Below, piece after piece: positions 49,301 through 59,461 of a stretch of DNA of 64,000 nt. A program made the position numbers and the translations under genes. The notes beneath the pieces are model-generated. The model was given only the letters and a program-made list of their open reading frames with translations, was not told where the DNA came from and did not search any database. Numbering within the stretch: the first letter of the stretch is position 1; every line of letters starts with the position of its first letter. The stretch is from a bacterium (GTDB taxonomy: Bacteria > Patescibacteriota > Patescibacteriia > Veblenbacterales > UBA10138), in contig JAGVEX010000009.1 in the NCBI GenBank assembly GCA_020057885.1, forward strand, positions 36,704-100,703, in the 5' to 3' direction.

Positions 49301-50560
49301 TCATGCCGCACGTACTGCGCCATGACTTCGCACTAGCCACTTATATGTGGTAAGTTCTTGCAACGCCATTGGGCCACGAGCATGAAGCTTTTGAGTGCTT
49401 ATACCAATTTCTCCACCGAGGCCAAATTCATATCCATCAGTAAACGCGATAGAGGTGTTAATGTAGACTACTGCCGCGTCGATTACCTGCTGAAATTGCT
49501 TTGCAATTTTTGAGTTCGATGTAATAATACTTTCAGAATGCTTGGAAGTATAACGCTGGATATGGTTAACTCCCTCATGCCAATTTTTAACAACTTTCAC
49601 ACTCATAGTAAGGCTAAGAAATTCCTTGCCATAGTGTGATGGTTGAGCATGATGAAGTAAGACGCGAGGATAAACGCTATGTAATATACTATAGCTGGTG
49701 CGATCTGCATAAATTTTTACACCAGCTTGGGCTAATTTTGGTCCCAATATCTTAAAAAGTTTACTAGCAACAATGCGATCAACAACCAGTGTATCCAATG
49801 CGTTGCAAACGCTCACACGCCTCGTTTTAGCATTAAATACCGTTTGCACTGCCCAATTAAGATTTGCTGAACGTTCCACATAAATATGACACACGCCAGC
49901 ACCTGTTTCAATTAATGGAACTGTTGAATTACGTCTGGCATATTCAATTAATCTGCTACTTCCTCGTGGAATAATGACATCCAAATATTGATTCGCTTGT
50001 AAAAGACGATCAACGGAAGAACTATTAAAAGAATCAAGAAGAACCACGGCTTGGGGATTTATACCATTCATAAGCAACACTCTATGAATCAAACCTACGA
50101 GTACTTTATTGGTCTCATAAGCGTCGCGCCCCCCTTTGAGCACGAGTGCATTACCAGATTTTATTGCTAGACTAAATACTTCAATTGTAACATTTGGTCG
50201 TGCTTCGTAAATAATTCCAACAACGCCAAATGGAACGGTGCAACGTTCAATAGTAAGCCCGTTCTTTAAAACTCGATGATCGATCCTATGACCAACTGGA
50301 TCGGGGAGGTGCTCAACTGCCTTAAGACTCTCGGCTATTCCCTTAATACGTTCAGATGTTAATCGCAACCTATCTGCATGAGGATATGAAACTGTTAGGC
50401 GCAAAAAATCACGAGCATTAGCTGCTAAAATTTTTCTTGTTGAGGCAATGAGTAATAAACGGAGATCGCGAAGTACCGCGTTCTTCGTTTTAGTCTTTAG
50501 TAATTGAATATCACTAGAGGCTTGTTTGACCTTTTTAAGGGTTGAATCAAAATTTTTCAT
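49301..50560 (-). CDS. proA: gamma-glutamyl phosphate reductase
   Basis: 419 aa; ...PLIETGAGVCHIYVERSAN...AKTRRVSVCNALDTLVVDR matches ProA catalytic region. Confidence 0.8.
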   Translation of the reverse strand: MKNFDSTLKKVKQASSDIQLLKTKTKNAVLRDLRLLLIASTRKILAANARDFLRLTVSYPHADRLRLTSERIKGIAESLKAVEHLPDPVGHRIDHRVLKNGLTIERCTVPFGVVGIIYEARPNVTIEVFSLAIKSGNALVLKGGRDAYETNKVLVGLIHRVLLMNGINPQAVVLLDSFNSSSVDRLLQANQYLDVIIPRGSSRLIEYARRNSTVPLIETGAGVCHIYVERSANLNWAVQTVFNAKTRRVSVCNALDTLVVDRIVASKLFKILGPKLAQAGVKIYADRTSYSILHSVYPRVLLHHAQPSHYGKEFLSLTMSVKVVKNWHEGVNHIQRYTSKHSESIITSNSKIAKQFQQVIDAAVVYINTSIAFTDGYEFGLGGEIGISTQKLHARGPMALQELTTYKWLVRSHGAVRAA

Positions 50561-50694
50561 AGATGAATGTTCAATTATTATCCCACATATACAAATAAAG
50601 AATACACTATATCAAAATAAAAAGTAAGGCCAAATCGACGTAATTAAATACAAATCGATTTGGCCTTAATAGTATCCACTGATAGTGGTTTGTG

Positions 50695-52023
50695 TTAAAT
50701 AACCAAATGCTCTTTTTTATCCAGATTAATTGGACGATTGGGAGCAAATGTACGCAAGGACAGTGTATGTTGTTCGAACGGCACTGGAAGAGACACCGCA
50801 GCTTCTGTATCTACTCCGCGAATAATCTCTCGCACTAACAGCGCCGTAATTGGCGCATGCATAAGGCCATGTCCAGAAAAACCCGCAGCATGCACTAAGT
50901 TTGCAACCCTATCATCAAAACCAATCATGGGATTGTGATCTGGTGTTGTTTCATAGTACCCACATGTGATAGACGTTACAGCGCCACACTCTGCCAGCAC
51001 TGGAGAAAAATCAGCGACTTGGCTCATGAGTGCAACTGCACGATCTCCCATCGGAATATCGGCAAACATGGGTTCTACCAAATCTTGATCTGCATCGACG
51101 AAATTTGGCTCTGGTGGAGTTTCATGTGCCCATCCTAACATCAGACTACTACTTTCCGGACGAGAGTATACACCACGACCAGCGCCCATTCCATAAATGG
51201 TCATAGGCAGCTCATTCCACTTATTGGGCGCCACGACTTCATGATTACGGGTTGATAGAAACCACAGATACCGCTTAAGTGGCGAAATCCGTAAATCCAT
51301 ACCGCCCAGTGAACGACTCACGCGTGGTGACCAAGCACCGGCAGCATTTACTACCCAATCGCACTCAATTTCACCATGTGTAGTATTAAGAGCCACAATG
51401 TGATCATCAGAAATATGCGCGCCGATCACTTCAGTATTCTGGTGGAGAATAGCGCCAAGTTCCTGTGCCCGCCGAAAACCGAGTTAATAAATTTGATCGT
51501 GATTGAGAAATCCATCACTAGGACAATAGGTCGCGCCAATAAGACGACTACTGTCTATATGCGGCCAACGAACATGCACCTCAGATGGTGTCAAAACTTC
51601 AACCGGTAGTTTGATATCACGGTGCATCGCCGCTTGTGATTGGGCATGTATCCATGCCAATTCCACTTCCTTATGTTTTGATTGATCACCCTCATAGAAA
51701 ATCGGATCCTCATACAGAAAAAGGTATCCGTTATGCCGAATCATCCAGCATTGCTGATCTGATGGCGTGTGCATCAACTCATGAAAATGCTCATAGAAGT
51801 GCCCACTGAATGCCATACCGAGTGCTGTTTCCCGCACCCCAAACTGAGCACGGATGCACGCGGCTGAACGACTGGAAGACCCATTACCAATTGCTTTTTT
51901 CTCCAAGGCAATCACTTGGAATCCCGCTTCCGCGAGAAGAACAGAGCACAAAGCTCCAGTTGCGCCGCCACCAATAATGGCAACGCGGTCACCACTTTGT
52001 GGTGAATTCGATTGGTTTTTCAT
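50695..52023 (-). pseudogene. FAD-dependent oxidoreductase (DAO/glycine-oxidase-like) interrupted by an in-frame TAA stop at 51484-51486
   Basis: N-terminal ORF 51484..52023 carries the dinucleotide-binding motif VAIIGGGATGALCSVLLAEAG. C-terminal ORF 50695..51429 is in the same frame 54 nt later. Confidence 0.55.
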
Positions 52024-52033
52024 GTTTCACCTT

Positions 52034-53818
52034 TCAAGTTGTTTTTGCCAGAGTAAGCTGGCTGGTTGTATTGTTATGAGTGCGTGTTTGTTGAAACTCA
52101 ACACAGCGCTCTGTTATTTCATCTATATTGAGAATCTGACTTGCGCCAGTTTCCCGTACTCGTAGCTCTACCTTTCGTTCTGTTGCAAGACGCCCGACGG
52201 TAATTCTATATGGGCATCCAATGAGATCAGCGTCGTTAAATTTTACGCCGGCGCGTTCAGTGCGATCATCAAAGAGAACATCAACACCTTGCGCGGAAAG
52301 ATTCTCATAGAGCTCATTAGCCAAGCTTGATTGCTGTTGATTCGTGTAATCAACCGGCACAATATGCACTAAAAATGGTGCAACTGTAATCGGCCAGATA
52401 ATACCGTGATCATCATGATTCTGTTCAATAATGGCATGTAGCAATCTCGTTGTACCAATACCGTAGCAACCCATCCAAATTGCCTTGGCTTGCCCAGCAC
52501 TATCAAGAAATGTCGCACCCATAGCCTCAGCGTAAGCTTGCTGTAACATGAACACGTGTCCAACCTCAATTCCCTTGCTTTCCTCAAGCCCATCACCACA
52601 TTCCGGACAACCGTGACCTACCGTAGCCGTATGAAGCTCATAGAACTCTTTTGGTGTTTCGAGATCGCGACCAAAGTTTACATCCAGAGCATGGTGATCA
52701 GTCGTGTTGAACCCACAAAGGAAATTAGTCATCCCTTGTGTAGAATGGTCAAACAGAATGCGCTTCACTTTAGTGAGTCCAAGTGGACCCGCAAATCCCA
52801 CGGCGGCACCAGTAACCTCTTCAACCACTCGATCAATTGCTGGCACAACACTATCAACTGTCAAAAAATTTGTTAATTTCACCGTATTGACAGCAAGGTC
52901 GCCACGAATACAGACTGCGACTTCATATGGATTATTTGATTCTGGATTTACGGTAAATATGATCGTCTTGATCATATCGTGCGCTTTGATATCAGGGAAG
53001 AATCTTTCTAATTCCTCAACTGTTTTCGCATTTGGTGTTAACTCGTGTCGCAACGGACGCTGTGCAGAATTGTACTGATAGATCGGATAGCTACTATTAG
53101 CCTTTTCGGTATTAGCGCCGTAGTCACAGCGGGTGCAGGTGAGAAGTGTATCCTCCCCTACATCACATACTGCCATAAACTCGGCCGAACCTTGACCACC
53201 AATTGCACCAGAGTCTGCTTGGACGGAAACACAGTTCGTCAGCCCAAGTCGTAGAAAAATACGCGAATAAACATCACGCATCAACATAAAGGACTTATGC
53301 ATTCCTTCTTCATCGATATCAAATGAGTATGCATCTGACATAACAAACTCACGCGACCGAACCATTCCATACCGAGGACGCATCTCATCACGAAATTTTC
53401 TGCCGATTTGGTGAAGTATAACTGGCAGTTGCCGCCAAGATTTAATATCGTTCGCAACGAGCATTGTAATCACCTCTTCGGCTGTAGGAGACAAGCCAAA
53501 CATTTCACTAGAGTAACGCTCTTGGGTAGTGAACATTGTTTTTGATTTGAGATATTTTTCCCATCTTCCAGTTTGCTCCCACAAAGAGCTTGACTGTAAA
53601 ATGGGCAGATCAACATGTTGAATACCGACTTTGGTCATCTCATTAAAAACGATGCCACAAATTCGATCATGCACTAGCTTTCCTAGGGGAAGCAGGGCAA
53701 AAATACCAGCCGACCCGACGGATCTAATGAACCCCGCTTTTTCCAACAAGAGATGCGAAATGATCATATTTGATCGCATCCCTCGAAGGGTAGGTGGGAA
53801 TAGTTTTGAGAGTTTCAT
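52034..53818 (-). CDS. proS: prolyl-tRNA synthetase (bacterial-type)
   Basis: 594 aa; class-II motifs ...FRDEMRPRYGMVRSREFVMSDAYSFD... Confidence 0.85.
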   Translation of the reverse strand: MKLSKLFPPTLRGMRSNMIISHLLLEKAGFIRSVGSAGIFALLPLGKLVHDRICGIVFNEMTKVGIQHVDLPILQSSSLWEQTGRWEKYLKSKTMFTTQERYSSEMFGLSPTAEEVITMLVANDIKSWRQLPVILHQIGRKFRDEMRPRYGMVRSREFVMSDAYSFDIDEEGMHKSFMLMRDVYSRIFLRLGLTNCVSVQADSGAIGGQGSAEFMAVCDVGEDTLLTCTRCDYGANTEKANSSYPIYQYNSAQRPLRHELTPNAKTVEELERFFPDIKAHDMIKTIIFTVNPESNNPYEVAVCIRGDLAVNTVKLTNFLTVDSVVPAIDRVVEEVTGAAVGFAGPLGLTKVKRILFDHSTQGMTNFLCGFNTTDHHALDVNFGRDLETPKEFYELHTATVGHGCPECGDGLEESKGIEVGHVFMLQQAYAEAMGATFLDSAGQAKAIWMGCYGIGTTRLLHAIIEQNHDDHGIIWPITVAPFLVHIVPVDYTNQQQSSLANELYENLSAQGVDVLFDDRTERAGVKFNDADLIGCPYRITVGRLATERKVELRVRETGASQILNIDEITERCVEFQQTRTHNNTTSQLTLAKTT

Positions 53819-53894
53819 AAAAACACACTCCTTTCATAGAGGGTTTGGTTGTGAATGTTCAATTTTACTTGCATTTTATTTTCATACTACTTTA

Positions 53895-54731
53895 TCACTT
53901 ACGGAACGACCCGTCAAGAAAAGTAGAAATCGAACGAGAGCGTCGCGCGGCAGCACGAATTGCGTGAAGCCAAAGCTTATCAAGATGAGCTTTATGCAAA
54001 ATGTGAAAAGCCGCTTCAGTAGTACCACCTTTCGAAGCCACACGCTCACGCCAAATTTCGGGGGAATCAGTAGAATCCTCAAGGAGAGCAATGCTACCTT
54101 TTAGGGTTTGAAGCACTAATTTCTTAGCAACATCTGCTGATATTTTTAAATACTTCGCGGCACTAATAAGATCGGCGGCAAACGAAAAAAGATAAGCTGG
54201 CCCCGAGCCACTAACAGCCGTAATTGCATCAAACATATTTTCGTTATGAATTTCAATTTGCTCTCCTCCGGCACTGAAAAGCGATTGCGCAAAAAATTTT
54301 TGTTTCTTTGTTGTGGTACGAGTTGCATGCCAGGCAGAAAAACCTTTACCAATTATCATGGGAAGATTTGGCATCGCTCGCACAACACGAGAACACCCTG
54401 TGGCAGATCGAAGAGTTGCCACACTCACTCCAGCCATAATGGATATAATTAAGCCATTTTTGGAGAAGTGTTTATTAATTTGGTTGGCAACAGCAAAAAA
54501 ATCTTGTGGTTTAACAGCCACCAAAACGACTGTTGAGCTAGCCAAAACCGATGGTGAAAGATCGCTGATTGTATGAACTAAAAATTTAGACTTCAGTGTT
54601 CTCTGTTTTTGTATACTTCGTTCAATAACAGTAATTTGTCTAAAGGAAATACTAGACACGCGTAATAACGCCTGCAACACAGCAGTGCCCATATTCCCGC
54701 CGCCAATAATAGTAATATGATAATGTGTCAT
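53895..54731 (-). CDS. proC: pyrroline-5-carboxylate reductase
   Basis: 278 aa; Rossmann ITIIGGGNMGTAVLQAL. Confidence 0.8.
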   Translation of the reverse strand: MTHYHITIIGGGNMGTAVLQALLRVSSISFRQITVIERSIQKQRTLKSKFLVHTISDLSPSVLASSTVVLVAVKPQDFFAVANQINKHFSKNGLIISIMAGVSVATLRSATGCSRVVRAMPNLPMIIGKGFSAWHATRTTTKKQKFFAQSLFSAGGEQIEIHNENMFDAITAVSGSGPAYLFSFAADLISAAKYLKISADVAKKLVLQTLKGSIALLEDSTDSPEIWRERVASKGGTTEAAFHILHKAHLDKLWLHAIRAAARRSRSISTFLDGSFRK

Positions 54732-55807
54732 AAGGGAAAAAGAATTAAATTATCAGCATGCACGACCTCAATGTTAAATGGTCGCTCCTTGGTGACAATT
54801 ATTTTACCGAGATCAGTACTGGAGAGAGCTGACACGCCAAGAGCCACCGGACGATTTTCGTGATCGATAATTTCAACTGAATCGTCCGACTCGAATGTTC
54901 CATAAACATGTGTCACGCCAACGGCTAATAAACTCTTTCGTTGGCGAAGTGCGCCCATTGCGCCAACATCAATTTTAATACTGGCACTAGAAGTATGTGA
55001 AACAATTAGTCTTCGACTCCTGTCAGTTAATGAAATCGGCTGTGGCCAAGGTAAACAAACCGTGCCTCGGCACTTCTCACCGTCAATAATTTCAAGTGCA
55101 TGCTCAAGTATCCTACCATTGAGAATATATGTCGTGATACCAACAAAGCTAGCAAGACGGGCGGAACGCAACTTTGACTCCATACCCCCTCGCCCAGCCA
55201 AGCTCTTTTTGCCAAGATGCAAACTCATAAGCTCTTTGTTAACGTCGGTGATACAAGTAATAGGAGTCTGGTCGTGGTTGGTATTATTATCTGGTGCAGT
55301 ACGAAAAACGCCAGCTACATTAGTAAAAAGAAATATACTTTCTGCACCAATCACCACCCCGACGATTGTCGCAAGCTGATCGTTGTCTATAAAATCATGT
55401 GTCTCCGAAGATGATGTGGCATCATTTTCATTAATAAGTGGCGTAATACCTGCAGTGAGACATTCATGAAAAGTCTTTTGTAAGGTCATGTAGCGATTGC
55501 GCTCAATAATATCCTGACGGGAAAGAAGAAATTGCCCAAACTTAACACCAGTCGCAAGACCAAGTTGATACATAAATGCACTAATAATCAATTGCCCACG
55601 ACCAGCACGAGCTCCATATGAAGTAAGGGTAGGTGCATCTGATGTACCAACGGCTACGGCACCAGATAGTACTAATAATGGTAACTTGCCTCGGTTTTGA
55701 AAACCGCGTACTACATCAACAACCCTTTGGAGAAACGTTTGGCTAATATTGCCACGTTCATCTAACAAAGAGTTACTGCCAATCTTTATAACAACTGTAT
55801 TTTTCAT
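54728..55807 (-). CDS. proB: glutamate 5-kinase (with C-terminal PUA domain)
   Basis: 359 aa; VIKIGSNSL...PLINENDA...; 4-nt overlap with proC. Confidence 0.8.
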   Translation of the reverse strand: MKNTVVIKIGSNSLLDERGNISQTFLQRVVDVVRGFQNRGKLPLLVLSGAVAVGTSDAPTLTSYGARAGRGQLIISAFMYQLGLATGVKFGQFLLSRQDIIERNRYMTLQKTFHECLTAGITPLINENDATSSSETHDFIDNDQLATIVGVVIGAESIFLFTNVAGVFRTAPDNNTNHDQTPITCITDVNKELMSLHLGKKSLAGRGGMESKLRSARLASFVGITTYILNGRILEHALEIIDGEKCRGTVCLPWPQPISLTDRSRRLIVSHTSSASIKIDVGAMGALRQRKSLLAVGVTHVYGTFESDDSVEIIDHENRPVALGVSALSSTDLGKIIVTKERPFNIEVVHADNLILFPL

Positions 55808-56030
55808 AACATATCACTAAATCTAAAATATATATTAATTTTAGCCTATTTTTATACCTAAGTAAAGACTAAAAGTGGTGCACTGATAATCTGAATTGTT
55901 TGGTATTAATAATTCAATATATTTAATAAAAAACAATAGATAATCGGCATAATTTTTCACAAAAGCCGTTTGATATTCAAACGGCTTTTTTATATCTTTA
56001 TCTACTATATTTAAATTTAGAAAAATAAAA

Positions 56031-56083
56031 AAGCAAGTACGTTTAAAATACCACACGTACTTGCTTCAAGGTATATATTATTA
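56031..56083 (-). terminator. intrinsic terminator after the radical-SAM gene
   Basis: Minus strand agcaagtacgtgtggtattttaaacgtacttgct followed by ttttttatttttc. Confidence 0.55.
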
Positions 56084-56085
56084 TT

Positions 56086-57564
56086 TTATTTTTCACAGAC
56101 CGCTCGGGCTCGACGCGCAAAATCAAAAAAGATTATTGCATGCTCAATAGCTTCTGGTAAAGCCTTGGTTTTAGTAACGGCTGTTTTAATAATCAGCCAC
56201 CAGTACAACCAGCGCTCTTGAGAAAGCATTCCAATTTTCCAGTGAGCCAGTAAAACGGCTTTAACGTCTTGCAGTGACAAACGACCCTTTACTGTAGGAT
56301 TATAATGTTTCAAAAAAGTATGAATCCTTTGGTAATAAGGCTTGGGTGAGTAGATTTGTTCTATTAGCCAACGATAACCGTTACATAATATATCAGCCGG
56401 CATTTTAGGAACAAAATCAAGTTGAACATTAGTTTGTTCTCCTCCAGTGGTCTTAACTAAACGACCTTCTTTACGCAGACGAAAATACAGTTCGGTATTC
56501 TTAACAACATTCAACAAGCCAACCATGGCTGTAACAATACCGGAATTCTGTATAAAATTTTTCTGTAAAGAAAAAATATTTTCTGGGTCATTATCAAAAC
56601 CTACTATAAATCCACCCAATACTTGTAAGCCTTTTGTGTTTATTTTCTTCACCGCCGCCATTAAATCTGTGTGTGTATTTTGACGCTTATTGCATTCCTT
56701 TAAACTTTCCAAATGCGGGGTCTCAATACCAACAAATACCTTATAAAAGTTGGCCTTAACCATCAGGTCAAGTAGTTCGTCGTCATCAGCTAAGGTAATA
56801 TCGGCTTCTGTGGAAAATTTAAAAGGAAAACCATGCGCCTTCTGCCAGATAATAATGTCAAGTAAGAGTTTTCTCACTTTAATTTTATTGCCGATAAAAT
56901 TATCATCAACAATAAAAACTCCGCCGCGCCAACCAGCCCCATAAAGAGATTGCAACTCATTAATGAATTGCTGGTTTGTTTTGGTGCGGGGTACTTGACC
57001 AAACATTTTTCTGACATCGCAGAAATCGCACTTACGAGGACATCCGCGTGAAAACTGCAACATCATGGTTGAATAGTCTTTGAAATTAATCAGCGACCAA
57101 TCTGGTATGGGTGTTAAATTTAAATCTGGGTATGTATTGGAGATGTATTCACGTTGTAAATTTCCCAGCTCTAAATCTTTCAAAAACAGCGGCAATGTAA
57201 TTTCAGCTTCATTCAACACGTAATGGCTCACGCCCTTAAAAATATCAGGCTCGGTTGTAAATAGCGGTCCGCCTGCCACTACCGGCTTACTAAAACTATT
57301 GCAACGATCAATAATTTCTTGGGAGCTTTTAGTTTGCACTGTCATAGCGCTGATAAATACATAATCAGCCCATTGTATATCTGCGTCTGTTAAAGGTCTC
57401 ACGTTTTCATCTATCAATCGTCTTTCCCATTCTTTGGGTAACATAGTTGATACCGTTAGTAACCCTAGTGGTGGCGAGGCTGCTTTGCGGTTGATAAATT
57501 TAAGTGCTTTCCTGAATGTCCAAAAACTGTCGGGGAACCTTGGGTATACGAATAATATTCGCAT
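56086..57564 (-). CDS. B12-binding radical SAM enzyme (class B rSAM methyltransferase-like, DUF4070-type C-terminus)
   Basis: 492 aa; N-terminal cobalamin-binding-like domain (MRILFVYPRF...); CPRKCDFCD radical-SAM CxxxCxxC. Confidence 0.65.
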   Translation of the reverse strand: MRILFVYPRFPDSFWTFRKALKFINRKAASPPLGLLTVSTMLPKEWERRLIDENVRPLTDADIQWADYVFISAMTVQTKSSQEIIDRCNSFSKPVVAGGPLFTTEPDIFKGVSHYVLNEAEITLPLFLKDLELGNLQREYISNTYPDLNLTPIPDWSLINFKDYSTMMLQFSRGCPRKCDFCDVRKMFGQVPRTKTNQQFINELQSLYGAGWRGGVFIVDDNFIGNKIKVRKLLLDIIIWQKAHGFPFKFSTEADITLADDDELLDLMVKANFYKVFVGIETPHLESLKECNKRQNTHTDLMAAVKKINTKGLQVLGGFIVGFDNDPENIFSLQKNFIQNSGIVTAMVGLLNVVKNTELYFRLRKEGRLVKTTGGEQTNVQLDFVPKMPADILCNGYRWLIEQIYSPKPYYQRIHTFLKHYNPTVKGRLSLQDVKAVLLAHWKIGMLSQERWLYWWLIIKTAVTKTKALPEAIEHAIIFFDFARRARAVCEK

Positions 57565-57740
57565 AATCTTTCACCTGCCTTTCATGCGGTAATGTATTGA
57601 TTGTTAATGAATTATTTTTGTTTTAATAATAAAGTTTTAGCATAAAACTAATAATAATTCAAATATCTAAATATGCCTTTTAAACAAAACTCCACGGGCT
57701 TATGCCCGTGGTTTAAGTAAAGTATTATGGTATATAAAAA

Positions 57741-58150
57741 CATACCAATGGTCGGGGTGGAGGCCTGCCTGCGACTCGATTGAGCTCGTCGAAATCCGGC
57801 AGGCAGGGAGTCGCCCATAAACCACAATGGTTCAGGGCGCCCTGAACCGCGTTCCGCTCCGCGGAACTCTGGTTCTAGGGCGAACCCTCTGTCACACCCT
57901 CCGGGGTGAAATTATTTATTCTGAATCATCTCATCAGAGTCGGGGTGGAGGGAGTCGAACCCTCTGTCACACCCACCCCAAGGGTGCATGTTACCGGTAC
58001 ACCACACCCCGACCCTGATGAGATTTTTAAAAAATGTACACCCGTGAAAGCTGCAAGTTTTCGCTTTCACCCCCGCGGATGCTTAAAGTTGCCGGCTTGC
58101 CCTGTACCTCCGCCAAAGGCGGATGGTGCAGGGTACACCACACCCCGACC
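57741..58150. repeat. tRNA-Pro fragments and GC-rich perfect palindromes flanking the intact tRNA-Pro
   Basis: 3'-end fragment gtcggggtggag at 57741-57752; anticodon-to-T-arm fragment at 57883-57905; 5' acceptor/D-arm fragment at 58128-58150; perfect hairpins ggaacgcggttcagggcgccctgaaccgcgttcc. Confidence 0.5.
57940..58011 (-). tRNA. tRNA-Pro (anticodon GGG), no encoded CCA
   Basis: Minus strand CGGGGTG-TG-GTGT-ACCGGTAAC-ACAT-G-CACCC-TTGGGGT-GGGTG-TGACA-GAGGG-TTCGACT-CCCTC-CACCCCG-A; anticodon loop UUGGGGU. Confidence 0.7.
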
Positions 58151-58164
58151 ACTAGTATGTTTAT

Positions 58165-58192
58165 AAGCAAAAAAGCCCAACGGGCTTCAATG
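58165..58192 (-). terminator. strong intrinsic terminator (minus strand)
   Basis: agcccgttgggct followed by ttttttgc on the minus strand. Confidence 0.6.
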
Positions 58193-58608
58193 TAACATTA
58201 TTTCCCTAAAATTAAAAGCCCTACCATCGGTTTGATACAATTGGAGTTCCTGTGAATCAAGTTGGGTTGGTTCTAAAGGCCGCTGGGGCCAATGAGGGTG
58301 TGTTCCTTACTCCCACTGTTCCATACTGCCTCTACCCCTTTACCGCTTGGTGTTCTCGAACTTATGCCCAAGGGCATAAATTATACTGAACCCCTATATA
58401 TTGAGATTGTAGAGCTCAATAAATATCAAACCATGTTGGATAGAGCTATTATTAATGATAGCGCAGATTAAGCAAGTTGTCAAGGCAATAAAATGAAGTT
58501 TTTGGCTAAGATTAGCCTTTTTTAAGTAAGTTAGCCAAAAATAAAAGGGGCGAATTTTTCGTCCCTTTTTTAAGCAAAATTTTATTGTTTTTTATGAATA
58601 TTTTTTCA

Positions 58609-58932
58609 CTATGACGGCCCCCACGAAAACCCGCCACTAATACCTAAGCTAGCCTTGATCATATCATAAATAAATCCCCTTAATACGCCTTTATAATTAT
58701 AATAAAGATCATTTTTGGTTTCGCGAGGAATAACATCTATTAATTGATTCAAATTAGTTTTAGAATTTTGAAATTTCTTCTCCGCTTCCGACACTGCGTC
58801 ATAATAACTCTGCAATTCACATATTGCTGCGGGTGTACCGCCTTCTTTTAAAATTTTCTCTATACGAGCCTTTAGTCCCTCTCTAGCGCTTAACAAAAGA
58901 ATCAACTCATTATTTGGCTTTTCCATAATCAA
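58609..58932 (-). CDS. hypothetical protein
   Basis: 107-aa ORF. Confidence 0.35.
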   Translation of the reverse strand: MIMEKPNNELILLLSAREGLKARIEKILKEGGTPAAICELQSYYDAVSEAEKKFQNSKTNLNQLIDVIPRETKNDLYYNYKGVLRGFIYDMIKASLGISGGFSWGPS

Positions 58933-58952
58933 CTCCTTTCTTTTTTTTTGTT

Positions 58953-59279
58953 TTAAATAAACCCTTTCCCGACCACTGCCTGATCTGAGTTGGCTGAAAA
59001 ACTATTATCACAATCAATGTCTAAAACATATGGCAACGGCAAGGAAATACTTTTTTTACATTTTGATTTACTTGAAGTATGTTTTTTACCGCTGAGTTTT
59101 TCAAAGTTAAGTTGGCTGTTTAAACACATCTGACGAATTAATTCTCTGCCTTTTGCCATAGCCGGCGTAACTAAATCCTTATGTTCTGCAAAATGCGCAT
59201 TTACATCGGCGCAAAGAAACATAAAAGATTTAAGCATAAACTTAGCTACTTCAACTTCCTGTTTTTTGGGTTTTGACAT
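58953..59279 (-). CDS. hypothetical protein
   Basis: 108-aa ORF, Lys/Cys rich. Confidence 0.35.
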   Translation of the reverse strand: MSKPKKQEVEVAKFMLKSFMFLCADVNAHFAEHKDLVTPAMAKGRELIRQMCLNSQLNFEKLSGKKHTSSKSKCKKSISLPLPYVLDIDCDNSFSANSDQAVVGKGFI

Positions 59280-59461
59280 ACGTTACTCCTTTTATTTTTA
59301 TTTTTTAATTTATTTAATTTTCAAAGAACCATATAACAAAAATGCCTTCTAAAATAATCCAGAAGGTATTGAAACTTTAAATCTAATTTTGTATCTACAA
59401 CAACTCAGCTCCAAGCCTTCTAATCAGAGTCCGCCACCAATAAAAGTTGCTATGATTTATA

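Noticed and set aside
55841-56056. 71-aa ORF between proB and the radical-SAM gene
   Set aside because: AT-rich, overlaps two intrinsic terminators, no features.
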